Counted from the stretch's first letter, positions 8,996 to 19,185 are shown. The stretch is DNA of 38,126 nt from Candidatus Krumholzibacteriales bacterium (GCA_046483305.1 JAWODM010000052.1:1-38126), one strand, 5' to 3'. Notes: generated by a model from the sequence alone, not told the origin. Numbers and translations: made by a program.

Positions 8996-10666
8996 TTAAA
9001 TGTGAACTGACGGTTTGTACTTTCCGAATACCTTCTCCAGCCTGCCCGATATTTCTCCAACCGTGCAGTTGCTTTTGACCGCCCGGATAATCGGGGGCAT
9101 CAGGTTCCCGGTCCCCCTGGCCGCTCTTTCCACCTCATCCAGGCAGGTCTGAACCCCTGCGGCATCCCTCTGCTTCTTGAAGCTGGCCAGAGAGGCGACA
9201 TGCTTTCGCTCCACCTCTTCATCCACGCTGAAGTCGGCCTGTACGATCGATTCTTCCACGGTATATCTGTTGACCCCTACAATGACCCGCTCGTTGCTCT
9301 CGATCTCCTTCTGGTACCGGTAGGCGCTCTGCTCGATCTGCCTCTGGGGGAAGTGCTGCTCTATCGCCCTGATCATTCCTCCCATATCCTCAACCTGCTT
9401 CATCAGCTCGAGAATCCGCTCTTCCAGGTCGTCGGTCATCTTTTCCACAAAGTAACTTCCTCCCATCGGGTCAATGGTTTCGCTGACCCCGGATTCGGCG
9501 GCAAGCAGCTGCTGGGTGCGCAGGGCGGTCAGGACTGAATCCTCGCTGGGAAGGGTCAGGGCCTCGTCCCTGGAGTTGGTATGCAGGGACTGGGTGCCCC
9601 CCAGAACCGCGGCCAGCGCCTGAATGGTCACCCGGACCACGTTGTTTTCTATCTGCTGGGCGGTGAGTGTACACCCGGCGGTCTGGGAATGGAACCTCAG
9701 CATCATCGATTTCTTCTTCTTCGCTCCAAACCTTTCCTTCATGATCCTGGCGTAAATCCGCCGGGCCGCCCTGAACTTGGCGACCTCTTCGAACAGGTTA
9801 TTGTGAACCCCGAAGAAAAAGGAGAGGCGGGGAGCGAATTCGTCGATATCCAGGCCGGTGGAGAGGGCGGCTTCGATATAGCTTACCGCGTCGGAGAGGG
9901 TAAACGCAACCTCCTGGGCGGCGGTGGATCCGGCCTCCCGGATGTGATAACCACTGATGCTGATGGTGTTCCAGCGGGGTGTATTCTCCCTGCACCAGGC
10001 GAATATGTCGGTAATGATCCTCATCGACTCACGGGGAGGGTAGATATAGGTACCCCGTGCGTAGTACTCCTTCAATATATCGTTCTGGATGGTGCCGGAA
10101 ATGTCCGAAACCCGCACCCCGGTCTCTTCGGCCAGGGCCACGTACATCGCCAGCAGGATGGCGGCGGTGGAGTTGATGGTCATGGAGGTACTTACCTTAT
10201 CAAGCGGTATCCCGCTGAACAGGGTCCTGAAATCCTCGATGGAGTCGATGGCAACTCCAACCTTGCCTACCTCGCCGGCCGACCTCTTGTCGTCAGAGTC
10301 CAGTCCCATCTGGGTGGGTAGGTCGAAAGCCACGCTCAGCCCGGTCTGGCCTTTCTCCAGCAGGTACTTGAACCTGGCGTTGGTCTCGGCGGCAGAACCG
10401 AACCCCGCGTACTGGCGCATGGTCCATAGCCTTCCACGGTAGAGCGTGGGGTAGACCCCCCTGGTAAAGGGGTAACGGCCGGGAAAACCTGACTTTTCCA
10501 GGTAATCTTCCTCCGGAGCGTCCAGGGGAGTGTACAGCGGTTCTATCAGATGGCCGCTGGAGGTCTCGAAACTCTCTTTTCTCTCACCCTTTGATTCCCT
10601 GAACCGGGCGTAATCTCCCTCTTTCCAGTTCCTGAATTCCCTGTTGAGTTCTTTTTCTGTTCCCAT
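8996..10666 (-). CDS. Methylmalonyl-CoA mutase large (substrate-binding) subunit
   Basis: [15 protein letters not shown] (Tyr), [14 protein letters not shown] (Arg), [10 protein letters not shown]; no B12 domain; lies between carboxyltransferase and epimerase. Confidence 0.93.
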   Translation of the reverse strand: MGTEKELNREFRNWKEGDYARFRESKGERKESFETSSGHLIEPLYTPLDAPEEDYLEKSGFPGRYPFTRGVYPTLYRGRLWTMRQYAGFGSAAETNARFKYLLEKGQTGLSVAFDLPTQMGLDSDDKRSAGEVGKVGVAIDSIEDFRTLFSGIPLDKVSTSMTINSTAAILLAMYVALAEETGVRVSDISGTIQNDILKEYYARGTYIYPPRESMRIITDIFAWCRENTPRWNTISISGYHIREAGSTAAQEVAFTLSDAVSYIEAALSTGLDIDEFAPRLSFFFGVHNNLFEEVAKFRAARRIYARIMKERFGAKKKKSMMLRFHSQTAGCTLTAQQIENNVVRVTIQALAAVLGGTQSLHTNSRDEALTLPSEDSVLTALRTQQLLAAESGVSETIDPMGGSYFVEKMTDDLEERILELMKQVEDMGGMIRAIEQHFPQRQIEQSAYRYQKEIESNERVIVGVNRYTVEESIVQADFSVDEEVERKHVASLASFKKQRDAAGVQTCLDEVERAARGTGNLMPPIIRAVKSNCTVGEISGRLEKVFGKYKPSVHI

Positions 10667-10728
10667 CGCAACCTTTCCTTTATTCAGCTGATTGACCGCA
10701 TCGATGTCCGGAAGCTTCCCGGTCCCGG

Positions 10729-12282
10729 TCAGAGAGGAATATTTCCATGCTTTTTCGGCGGGAGGTCCTGCCTCTTATTCAGCAGGTTCTCCAGCGCGTG
10801 GATCAGCATAGGCCTGGTCCTTTCCGGCATTATCACATCGTCCAGGTACCCCAGGCTGGCCGCTATATACGGGTTGGCGAAGGAGGTTTCATACTCATCG
10901 ATCTTCTTAGCCAGCATTTTCTCCGGGTCCCTGGCGTTCTTTATCTCCCTGCGGTAAAGGATATTGGCGGCTCCTTCCGAACCCATCACCGCCAGCTCGG
11001 CGGTCGGCCAGGCCACATTGTAATCGCTTCTGATATGCTTGCTGGACATCACGCAGTAAGCCCCTCCGTATGCCTTCCGGGTTATCACCGTCAGCTTCGG
11101 AACGGTGGCCTCGCAGTAGGCGTAGATCAGCTTGGCCCCGTGCTTGATGATTCCGTTCCACTCCTGGTCGGTTCCGGGCAGGAACCCGGGCACATCCTCG
11201 AAGGTCAGAATCGGTATATTGAAGGCGTCGCAGAACCGGACGAACCTGGCCCCCTTGATGGAGCATTCTATATCCAGCGAGCCGGCCAGATGCTTCGGCT
11301 GGTTGGCCACTATCCCTATGGAGTGGCCGTTCAGCCTGGCGAACCCCACCACAATGTTATTGCTGTGAAGGGGCTGTACTTCAAAGAATTTTCCGTCATC
11401 TATTACCTCTCTGATAACGTCGTGTATATCGTATGGTGAGGTGGGATTGTCCGGAACTATATCGTTCAGCACCGGAGAGAGCCGGTCCGGGTAATCCTCG
11501 GGGCTTACGAAGGGAGGATCTTCCAGGTTGTTCTGAGGTATATAGGTCAGAAGCTCCTTGATCATATCCAGGCATTCCTCGTCGTCCCCGGCCAGGAAGT
11601 GCGCAACCCCGCTTCTGGTATTGTGAGTAACCGCGCCGCCCAGCTCCTCCAGGGTCACATCTTCATGGGTAACCTTCCTGATCACGTTGGGCCCGGTTAT
11701 GAACATGTGGCTGGTCCCCTCCACCATGAATATGAAATCGGTGAGGGCGGGGGAGTAGACCGCTCCTCCAGCGCTGGGTCCCATGATAGCCGAGATCTGG
11801 GGGATAACCCCGGAGGCGAGGGTGTTGTTCAGGAATATTTCCGCGTATCCGCCCAGGCTTGCCACTCCTTCCTGTATCCTGGCCCCTCCGCTGTCGTTAA
11901 GCCCAATCAGGGGGGCGCCGTTCTCCAGAGCGAGTTTCTGGAGTTTGGTTATCTTGCCCGCGTTGGATTCGCTGAGGCTTCCGCCCAGCACGGTAAAATC
12001 CTGAGCGAAAGCGTAAGTACTCCTTCCGTTAATCAGTCCGTGGCCGCACACCACTCCGTCTCCCACTGTTTTCTTCTTGTCCATTCCGGGCCAGGTGGAG
12101 CGGTGGGTGACAAAGACCCCCAGCTCCTGAAAGGTCCCCTCGTCGAACAGAATATGAATCCGCTCCCTGGCGGTCAGTCTCCCCGACTGATGAATCTTCT
12201 CGATTCTGGCTTTTCCTCCGCCCATAAGCGCCTGTTTGCGCTTCTTCTTCAGCTCCTCATATTTTTCTTTTTTCGATTTCAA
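10729..12282 (-). CDS. Acyl-CoA carboxyltransferase subunit (propionyl-CoA carboxylase beta / methylmalonyl-CoA decarboxylase alpha family)
   Basis: [64 protein letters not shown]. Confidence 0.94.
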   Translation of the reverse strand: MKSKKEKYEELKKKRKQALMGGGKARIEKIHQSGRLTARERIHILFDEGTFQELGVFVTHRSTWPGMDKKKTVGDGVVCGHGLINGRSTYAFAQDFTVLGGSLSESNAGKITKLQKLALENGAPLIGLNDSGGARIQEGVASLGGYAEIFLNNTLASGVIPQISAIMGPSAGGAVYSPALTDFIFMVEGTSHMFITGPNVIRKVTHEDVTLEELGGAVTHNTRSGVAHFLAGDDEECLDMIKELLTYIPQNNLEDPPFVSPEDYPDRLSPVLNDIVPDNPTSPYDIHDVIREVIDDGKFFEVQPLHSNNIVVGFARLNGHSIGIVANQPKHLAGSLDIECSIKGARFVRFCDAFNIPILTFEDVPGFLPGTDQEWNGIIKHGAKLIYAYCEATVPKLTVITRKAYGGAYCVMSSKHIRSDYNVAWPTAELAVMGSEGAANILYRREIKNARDPEKMLAKKIDEYETSFANPYIAASLGYLDDVIMPERTRPMLIHALENLLNKRQDLPPKKHGNIPL

Positions 12283-12323
12283 TATATCCTCCCGTGATTG
12301 CCTGCTGATAATTTCCTACGGTA

Positions 12324-12353
12324 ATACTATCTGAATAACCTCGGCATGGTCAA
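12324..12353 (-). promoter_or_regulatory. Putative sigma70 promoter of the carboxyltransferase-mutase-epimerase operon
   Basis: Minus strand TTGACC-18 bp-TAGTAT. Confidence 0.4.
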
Positions 12354-12372
12354 ACCATAATTAACAAATATA

Positions 12373-12401
12373 TTGCATTTACAGCCCTGCGGTATTAAAA
12401 T
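12373..12401 (+). promoter_or_regulatory. Putative sigma70 promoter (divergent) for the lipoprotein/M6 protease genes
   Basis: TTGCAT(12373-78)-17 bp-TAAAAT(12396-401). Confidence 0.55.
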
Positions 12402-12496
12402 GCAGTCAGTGATGGGAATAAAAAGAAATAACTTGTCAATGGCCGGATTGTTTCGCGCTTCTGCGGCGGTTGCCGGATAATAATGGAGGTAGATCA

Positions 12497-13075
12497 ATGA
12501 GGAATTGGAAGGTTCTGACTGCGGTTTTTTCTATGGCATTTCTGGCCCTGTCATGCTCCGGCGATAAAGAGGGCGGGGAGAAGGCGGAAGAGGCCGAAAC
12601 CGGCAAGTCTGCAGAAGAGGAAGTCCTCTCATATTCTTCCGAAATGATCAACTTCGGGGTCTATTTCGATAAGGAAGGAAAAGAGAGGACCATTACCCTT
12701 GATCAGGGGCAGGAAGAAGTGATCGCCTATATCATCCTGAAATTCCCGGAGGGGATGGAGGTATGCGCGGGCCAGTGGAAGCTGGAGCTGCCCGAGGGCG
12801 TGGAGGTAACGAAGGATTACGCCACCAAAAAAGTTAATATCTCTCTGGGCAATATCTTCGACAACGGGATAGCTGAAAGATATAGCGATCCTCTTACCGG
12901 AGGAATGGCTGTCATCCATACCGTGGAGATGAAAGTAACCGGCGAGCTGGAAGATGCCAGGATGAGAATTATGCCCGGCGGCCCCGATCACTTTCTCGGT
13001 ATTACCACCTGCGAGAAAGACTATCCGAAGAAGAAGGCATCTTCATTCATCGGAGTAATCAATCCGAAAGACTGA
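12497..13075 (+). CDS. Hypothetical lipoprotein with a beta-rich domain
   Basis: GGAGG RBS, MRNWK + hydrophobic stretch + lipobox LALS-C, charged linker. Confidence 0.75.
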   Translation: MRNWKVLTAVFSMAFLALSCSGDKEGGEKAEEAETGKSAEEEVLSYSSEMINFGVYFDKEGKERTITLDQGQEEVIAYIILKFPEGMEVCAGQWKLELPEGVEVTKDYATKKVNISLGNIFDNGIAERYSDPLTGGMAVIHTVEMKVTGELEDARMRIMPGGPDHFLGITTCEKDYPKKKASSFIGVINPKD

Positions 13076-13088
13076 CAGGTAACGGCAA

Positions 13089-15719
13089 TTGTGCTCACTC
13101 CAGACATCAGGAGCCGCAAGAGCGATACTGTTTATGACAGCTCTGTGTGTCTGCGTTATCGGCGCGGATTCAGGGGCTGAGATAGCCCGGCCGCGAAGCG
13201 GCGAACCCTTCCCCCCTGGAATCAAAGAGCTTATAGAATCTCAGAAACCTTTCCTGATGAACAGGAGATGGCTGAAAAGCCGGGCGGCTGACAGATATAA
13301 ATATGCCTCTTCTGCCGCTGCCGGAATGGAACTTCCCGGGTCAGGAGCTCTTACCGGAACCCTTTATGTTCCCTCCATAACCCTGCTTTATGAAAATACA
13401 GCTTATCCGCCGGTTAGAACCTCGCTTCTTCAGAGAGAGCTGTTCGACGGCCCCTGGGAGACCGGCACCATGGCGGAGTATTTCAACGAAGTATCCCGCG
13501 GCCTGTTCGGTGTCTCGGGCAGGGTCGCCGGCTGGTTCCGGCTGGCTGAAGACGAGGCCTACTACTCGGGGGGATTCGGCAACTGGGGGCTGGACCTGGA
13601 AAGTTCGAGAACCGGCGAACTCATCGCAGAGGCGGTCATGCTGGCAGATCCCGGGATTGATTTCGGGCTCTATGACAACGACGGGCCCGATCAGGTCCCC
13701 AACTCCGGGGATGACGACGGGTATGTCGATATATTATTCCTGATAACTCCAACCATGGGGGCCGAGTGCGATTTCTTCAGCTCCCATTTCTGGTCTCATT
13801 CAGGTTCTTACGCATCCCTGTGGAGCGAAACCGGCGAGAGTATCGTCACCTCCGACCCCGCGGCCGGCGGCGGGTACATCAGAATAGACGATTATATAAT
13901 AGCGCCTTCCATATCCTGCTATCCGTTCGGTTCTGCCGGCAGGCAGGGAAGGGTTCCGGCTCATAGCGCTTCGGAGCTGGACACTCTGATTGAGATAGGG
14001 CTATTCTGCCATGAACTCGCTCACGCCCTGGGGCTTCCCGACCTTTACGATACCGATGTCAGCAAGGGGATTGGATACTGGGGGCTGATGGGATTCGGCG
14101 AACTCAACACCCCTGAATCGCCGGCCCATATGTCGGCCTATTCGAAACATAAACTGGGATGGGCGGATCTGATAGAGGTCGGCCTGCAAGAGCGGGCGGT
14201 CAGGCTGGGGCCGGTTATAAGCTCCGGGAAGATAGTTAAAATGAACGTTCCCCGGCAGAGGTTCAGAAGAGCGCTGTGCCCGGGCAGCGGGTATGCTCTG
14301 GTATGCGGCCTCAGCCCTGAGGAGGGGGCGGCAAGGGGGTGGCCGGACGGGGGCGGAGGATACGGAAATATGTGGAATGAGGGAGTGGGAAGGGAGTTCG
14401 TTACAGACGGGAGCACCTCCTGCTTGGTCAGTTTCGAGGTTTCCTCAGATACCGATACCGGAGACTACGGATGCCTGATTCTGGAGAGAGGGAACCTTTC
14501 CGACACCCTGGCCTGCTACTCCGGATTCCTGGACGGCCAGCGGGAGCAGATAGAACTCGGCGGCTATCTGGGAAGCTATCAGGGGAGTTTCAGTCTGATT
14601 TTCCGTTTCATATCCGGCTATGCGGGAAGCGATGAGGATGGGGATTATGACTCTGGCTGGTGTTACAGCTTCAGGATAGATAACCTGTCGGTTGAGGGAG
14701 GAGGGATAGATTACCACTCGGATTTTGAGGAAGATTCAGGAGGATGGAAGTACCTCACTGCCGCCAGCGAGTACTTCCTGGCAGAGTACCGGACCAGGTC
14801 GGGATTCGACAGTTATCTGCCGGGAGAGGGATTGCTGATATGGCATGTGGATGACCCGGTGGCCCGGTCGGTGTCTGGAAATACCGGGGGATGCTGCAAT
14901 GAACTGGTAAGGGGAGTAGTGCTGGAAGAGGCAGACGGCCGTTTCGATATCCTGAGCGGAAGCATGGGGGAGGCCGGCGACCCTTTTCCCGGCGCGACGG
15001 GCAACACTTCTTTTGCCGGCGAAACCTCTCCCGCAAGCATCAGCAATTGCGGCAGGGAGACCCCCGTATTCGTGAAGAATATAGATCTGGGTTACTCTTT
15101 TTCCGGCCCTTATGCCGAGGGCCTTTTCAGAGGAGGAAGAACAGATTCAGTAATAAGCGTCATTCTGCCTCCCATACTCAGCTACGCCGATGCTTACAGC
15201 GGCGATTATTTCGTAGGAATCAACTGGAATATCACCGGCCCGGGTCCATACCGTTCTCTGATCTACCGGAAGAAGGCGGGGGGCGGCTTCATGCTCCTGA
15301 GCCCTGATACCATCAGAAGCGCAACCGGAAGCTTCAGCTACAGGGACCTTTCCATGGAACCGGGAGAGGAGTATTCTTACAGGCTAAGCGTTTTCAACGG
15401 CTCGGGCAGGGCGGATGCGGCCATTGCGGGATCTTACGGGATTACCTCTGAAAAGCTCAGGTTCATCCGAAACTATCCCAACCCCTTCAGCAGTGAAACC
15501 CGGCTGGTTTTCTATCTTCCCGAAAGCGAAACCGCGGAGCTGATATTTTTTGACGCGGGGGGAAGAAAGGTGGCTTCCGTGGCCCCGAAGAGATACGGCC
15601 GCGGTTATAACAGCGTGGTATTCAGGCCCAGCCCGGAGAATCTCAGCTCGGGTGTTTATTTCTGCATGCTGAAAAGCGCCGGCGCCTCGGACGTTATCAA
15701 GATTGTTCTGCTCAAGTAG
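13089..15719 (+). CDS. Secreted M6 family (immune inhibitor A-like) zinc metalloprotease with C-terminal T9SS-type A/FlgD-like domain
   Basis: YFNEVSRG, DNDGPD..PNSGDDDGYVD, HELAHALGLPDLYD, YWGLMG, EYFLAEYR..GFD..LPGEGLLIWHVD, GDPFPG; tail NYPNPF...LSSGVYF...KIVLLK. Start uncertain. Confidence 0.88.
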   Translation: MCSLQTSGAARAILFMTALCVCVIGADSGAEIARPRSGEPFPPGIKELIESQKPFLMNRRWLKSRAADRYKYASSAAAGMELPGSGALTGTLYVPSITLLYENTAYPPVRTSLLQRELFDGPWETGTMAEYFNEVSRGLFGVSGRVAGWFRLAEDEAYYSGGFGNWGLDLESSRTGELIAEAVMLADPGIDFGLYDNDGPDQVPNSGDDDGYVDILFLITPTMGAECDFFSSHFWSHSGSYASLWSETGESIVTSDPAAGGGYIRIDDYIIAPSISCYPFGSAGRQGRVPAHSASELDTLIEIGLFCHELAHALGLPDLYDTDVSKGIGYWGLMGFGELNTPESPAHMSAYSKHKLGWADLIEVGLQERAVRLGPVISSGKIVKMNVPRQRFRRALCPGSGYALVCGLSPEEGAARGWPDGGGGYGNMWNEGVGREFVTDGSTSCLVSFEVSSDTDTGDYGCLILERGNLSDTLACYSGFLDGQREQIELGGYLGSYQGSFSLIFRFISGYAGSDEDGDYDSGWCYSFRIDNLSVEGGGIDYHSDFEEDSGGWKYLTAASEYFLAEYRTRSGFDSYLPGEGLLIWHVDDPVARSVSGNTGGCCNELVRGVVLEEADGRFDILSGSMGEAGDPFPGATGNTSFAGETSPASISNCGRETPVFVKNIDLGYSFSGPYAEGLFRGGRTDSVISVILPPILSYADAYSGDYFVGINWNITGPGPYRSLIYRKKAGGGFMLLSPDTIRSATGSFSYRDLSMEPGEEYSYRLSVFNGSGRADAAIAGSYGITSEKLRFIRNYPNPFSSETRLVFYLPESETAELIFFDAGGRKVASVAPKRYGRGYNSVVFRPSPENLSSGVYFCMLKSAGASDVIKIVLLK

Positions 15720-15722
15720 ATT

Positions 15723-16322
15723 TCAGAAGCCGTAAATTACCGCTACGCTGAAAAGAGCGTGAGTAAATTGCGCCTCTTCATAAACTGTATTGCAGCTGTC
15801 AAAGTAGTATTTCCGGTACCTGTAAGGGCTGGCCAGCACCGTCATCATGGCTGAAATATCTATATTTTCCGAAATTCCGGCGTATTCAGCGCCGGCGCCA
15901 CCGCTGAGGAAGAAAACAGTCTGAGAGGGCCTGAAGCTTTTGCGGCTGCCGCTGGCCGCCGGAGGATTGGCGGTGACCAGGGCTATGCCCGCAGACACCA
16001 CCGGCCGGAAACGGTTCCAGGCCAACGGGAAGTAGTCAAGGAAAAAGCGGGTGTTGAATATCTCGAAATTGTCCGGGTCAGCCTCCGCGTAATAATATCC
16101 AAACCTCTGCTTTAACCTGAACGAAGAATTTATTTCAATCCCGAACCCGGCGCTGATGCCCGGGGAGAGGTCCGCCCCAAAGAAATCAGTATCCGGCAAT
16201 AATACCGAAGGCGCCGCTTCCAGGCTCCAGGAAGCGGACGATGCCCCAACCGGAATGCAGAGTAAAACCAGCAGGAGGACGCTGGTAATAGATGCGCTGC
16301 CGGTTTTATTAAAGATCTTCAT
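15723..16322 (-). CDS. Exported hypothetical protein, probable small outer-membrane beta-barrel
   Basis: Signal peptide, alternating aromatic beta-strands (FRPVVSAGIAL, LSGGAGAEY), terminal YGF. Confidence 0.6.
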   Translation of the reverse strand: MKIFNKTGSASITSVLLLVLLCIPVGASSASWSLEAAPSVLLPDTDFFGADLSPGISAGFGIEINSSFRLKQRFGYYYAEADPDNFEIFNTRFFLDYFPLAWNRFRPVVSAGIALVTANPPAASGSRKSFRPSQTVFFLSGGAGAEYAGISENIDISAMMTVLASPYRYRKYYFDSCNTVYEEAQFTHALFSVAVIYGF

Positions 16323-16388
16323 CTACGGCCCTGTTCATTAACGCCGTTAAGGTGAGACTCTCTATATGAAGAATTTGTATTTTTTTGT

Positions 16389-16417
16389 AATATAATTCAG
16401 GCTTGGAATTAAGTAAA
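16389..16417 (-). promoter_or_regulatory. Putative sigma70 promoter for the beta-barrel gene
   Basis: Minus strand TTTACT-17 bp-TATATT. Confidence 0.4.
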
Positions 16418-16443
16418 GTTTTATTATATATGAAGTAGCGGAC

Positions 16444-19122
16444 TTATCTGACTATAATAACTGAGTTGGTCCCGCCGAAGCCGTCGTTTTCCTGCTGCTC
16501 CGATAAGGGGTCAGTTATCTTAAGCCTGTTATCTATCAGAAATTTGTAACTGTATTTTCCCGGCTCGAGTATTACGGTGGCTTCCCAGATCCCGGAGCCG
16601 TTTCTCTTCATCGGGGTGGCCTCGGGGTCCCAGTTATTGAATGAGCCGATAACGGAAACCTCTGAGCACTCTTCACGGTTGAGAACAAGGGTTACTTCCT
16701 TTGGTTCGTTATCCCCGGCGGTAAACTCTTCCGGAGCTTCCGGTGATCTGATGGCGGCATACCTGTAGATTATCTCATCAAGCCGGTTGGAAAGCTCAGT
16801 GATGGGAAGGCCGCTGCGGTCGCTGATCCGGAAAATGACCGGATCAGGGGCCTTATCCCAGAACAGTGCAAGAAGTATGGAATTCTTGCCCTCTCTCAGC
16901 TCTTCCGCTATCTCCGCATTCTCGGAGCCGGAACCGCTGAAGATAATATTCCCGTTCAGCCAGAGGATAGCCCTGTTGCCTGTATCCAGCCTCAGTTTCG
17001 CCTCTGAGTCATGCCCGGCTTCCAGCATGGTATAAAGAAGGCAGCTGCTGCTTTTTTCGGTCTCCAGCCGGTTCAGATACAGATACCCGCTCTCGGACAT
17101 GGCCCCGGAGGGGACCTGTCTCCACCAGACCTTATTTCCATCCGCAGAGCGGTATGACTTGCTGAAGTCATCCTGATAACCACTTCCGTTTTCAGTTGTT
17201 ACGGCGTCTGAGGGAAGAGGGCCCAGGTGAAGCCAGTTGAGCGGGTTCACCACCGATTCTTCCAGAGAGGCGATCTGCCTGCCTTCGAGGTAAAGATTCA
17301 GGGTGAATGGATATTTCCCTGGCGGGATAATGCCTCCGGTTTTCAGAATTAACGGAAGTGTGGTGGTTATCTTATGAGGTTCGACCCTGAATCTCGCCGG
17401 CAGTGAGGGGGATACAGAGAGAGGGGGGCAGAATCTGCCCTCAACAATACCCTGCAGAGGCTGATCGGCGCTATATTTCAGAACTATATCTACCGGCAGC
17501 TCCGGTTTGATCTTTTTACCCTCCGGAAAGTTCAGAATGGCCTGGTATCCCTCATTAAGAGTCATGGAACTGCCGCCATGTATTTCATAGCGGTGGCCAC
17601 CCGATTTGAAGGTTATGTAGCCGGGGAGGTCAACCATTCCGGGCTGCCAATCGGGAGGTATGGCGAAGGAAGAAGAAAAAGAAAACCCTCCTACCCCGGG
17701 GCCGATTCGGGCATCTTTTCCCGCCTCCCAGCGGTTCCTGTCTATCTGAAGATATATATCGCTTATAACCAGCGTGGTGTCACTACTTTGCAGCGATGCC
17801 TTAAAGTCGATTATGCCGCCTGCCGGAACTGAGGAGGGTGGGAGATTGATATCGAATTCGATCCCCGCGTCTGAGGCCAGCTTCTGCGAGAGGAGCGCCT
17901 TGGCATCCAGCAGCTCCTGCACCGAACTTTCGGCCGCTTTCTTAAGAAGGTCCCTGTCGCGGGGAGACAGCTCTCTCCATTTAACCTCGTCCACCACCTT
18001 CCAGAGCTTCCCGGGCGCCTTGAAATAGCTGTTTATATCTGATAGCGAAATAAGCAGCCTGTTTACCTGAACAATACCCTCTCTGAATACTTCCAGGCCC
18101 GGGCAGCTATTGAAGAGATCCGATCGAAGGTCTATAACATCCCCTGTTAGAGAGGCAATCCTGTCGTTGGGGTACAGGTCTTCCTTTTCGTAGACGGATA
18201 CCAGATGCAGAAGAGAGCCGATGGTGGCCCAGTCGTCCGGGAATAATCCCGGCCCGATCCCGGGCTCAAAAGCTTCCGCAAGGTATAGGTGTGAAGGGGC
18301 ATCAAGGTCTCCTGAAGAGGGGGACGCCGACCCCCTGATCCTCTCCAGCGCGGGAGATATTTCCGGACAGCTGTTTTCAGTCATCAGGCTGTTAATCAGC
18401 CGGTAGTGAAAAAGGGAGCTGCGGTAAAGATCCCTTGATCCGGTATACCGGTCGAACTCCCTGGCGGTAAGGGCGTTGTCCAGGATATTCATTATGGAGC
18501 CGGAATCGAGTTTCCTGTTCATTACCAGCGGGATAAGCTGCTGAACTCTGCTCACCAGTAAAAAGTGTCCCGTTCTGTCCAGCGGGAAGTAGTAATCCCT
18601 GTTGTAGTTGTAGAAGGTTCTGCTGATGGTTTCGGTCAGCTCCCTGGACCACTGCAGGTACCCCAGGGCTCTGGCATGAAGCCCTATCCGGGAAGCGATA
18701 AGATACAACGCATGTATCTCTATATTGGCGAGGCCGTTAAGATAGGGCGACAGGTAAACTTCCGAGGTTTCGTTATCTCCTGTGGAGCCGATGAGAAGCC
18801 CCGACCTGGTGGTTTTCTCTGAACTGAATCTCTCCATGACATGGGGGAGGATTTTTGGATAGAATCGCTCCAGCATTCCAGGGTCGTCTCTCATCAGGAT
18901 GTAAGATACCAGCGCCAGGCAGGGAGTCTCCTTCAGAGGGTAAAGCGGATGGGAGGCAGGAAGCTGCTCCAGCGGCCTGCCGCTCTGAAGGAAAGAGATG
19001 ACCTGCTCCCTGAGCATATTTTCATTCACCCGGCGGCTGGTTTCAGCTCCGGCCCCCGCCGCTGCGGAAATAAATAAAATTGTGGTCAAAATAAGAGAAA
19101 TATGTTTTAACATTCTTAACAT
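16444..19122 (-). CDS. Large exported protein with C-terminal glycogen-binding (AMPK-beta/CBM48-like) domain
   Basis: Signal peptide ending AGA-E; C-terminus VSVIGSFNNWD..PM..GIWEATVILEPGKYSYKFLID..DP..DGFGGTNSVI. Confidence 0.8.
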   Translation of the reverse strand: MLRMLKHISLILTTILFISAAAGAGAETSRRVNENMLREQVISFLQSGRPLEQLPASHPLYPLKETPCLALVSYILMRDDPGMLERFYPKILPHVMERFSSEKTTRSGLLIGSTGDNETSEVYLSPYLNGLANIEIHALYLIASRIGLHARALGYLQWSRELTETISRTFYNYNRDYYFPLDRTGHFLLVSRVQQLIPLVMNRKLDSGSIMNILDNALTAREFDRYTGSRDLYRSSLFHYRLINSLMTENSCPEISPALERIRGSASPSSGDLDAPSHLYLAEAFEPGIGPGLFPDDWATIGSLLHLVSVYEKEDLYPNDRIASLTGDVIDLRSDLFNSCPGLEVFREGIVQVNRLLISLSDINSYFKAPGKLWKVVDEVKWRELSPRDRDLLKKAAESSVQELLDAKALLSQKLASDAGIEFDINLPPSSVPAGGIIDFKASLQSSDTTLVISDIYLQIDRNRWEAGKDARIGPGVGGFSFSSSFAIPPDWQPGMVDLPGYITFKSGGHRYEIHGGSSMTLNEGYQAILNFPEGKKIKPELPVDIVLKYSADQPLQGIVEGRFCPPLSVSPSLPARFRVEPHKITTTLPLILKTGGIIPPGKYPFTLNLYLEGRQIASLEESVVNPLNWLHLGPLPSDAVTTENGSGYQDDFSKSYRSADGNKVWWRQVPSGAMSESGYLYLNRLETEKSSSCLLYTMLEAGHDSEAKLRLDTGNRAILWLNGNIIFSGSGSENAEIAEELREGKNSILLALFWDKAPDPVIFRISDRSGLPITELSNRLDEIIYRYAAIRSPEAPEEFTAGDNEPKEVTLVLNREECSEVSVIGSFNNWDPEATPMKRNGSGIWEATVILEPGKYSYKFLIDNRLKITDPLSEQQENDGFGGTNSVIIVR

Positions 19123-19169
19123 GGTAATACTTTTCTGCTGTAGCAGTTATTGCCAAAATGATTGGTTTA

Positions 19170-19185
19170 TGCATTGTATATGCCA
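19170..19185 (-). promoter_or_regulatory. Candidate sigma54 (-24/-12) promoter for the glycogen-binding protein gene
   Basis: Minus strand TGGCATATACAATGCA (GG-N10-GC). Confidence 0.4.

Noticed and set aside
4301..10666. Recent inverted duplication or assembly artefact of the mutase gene
   Set aside because: The copies differ throughout, including specificity residues and synonymous sites, as expected for old paralogues.
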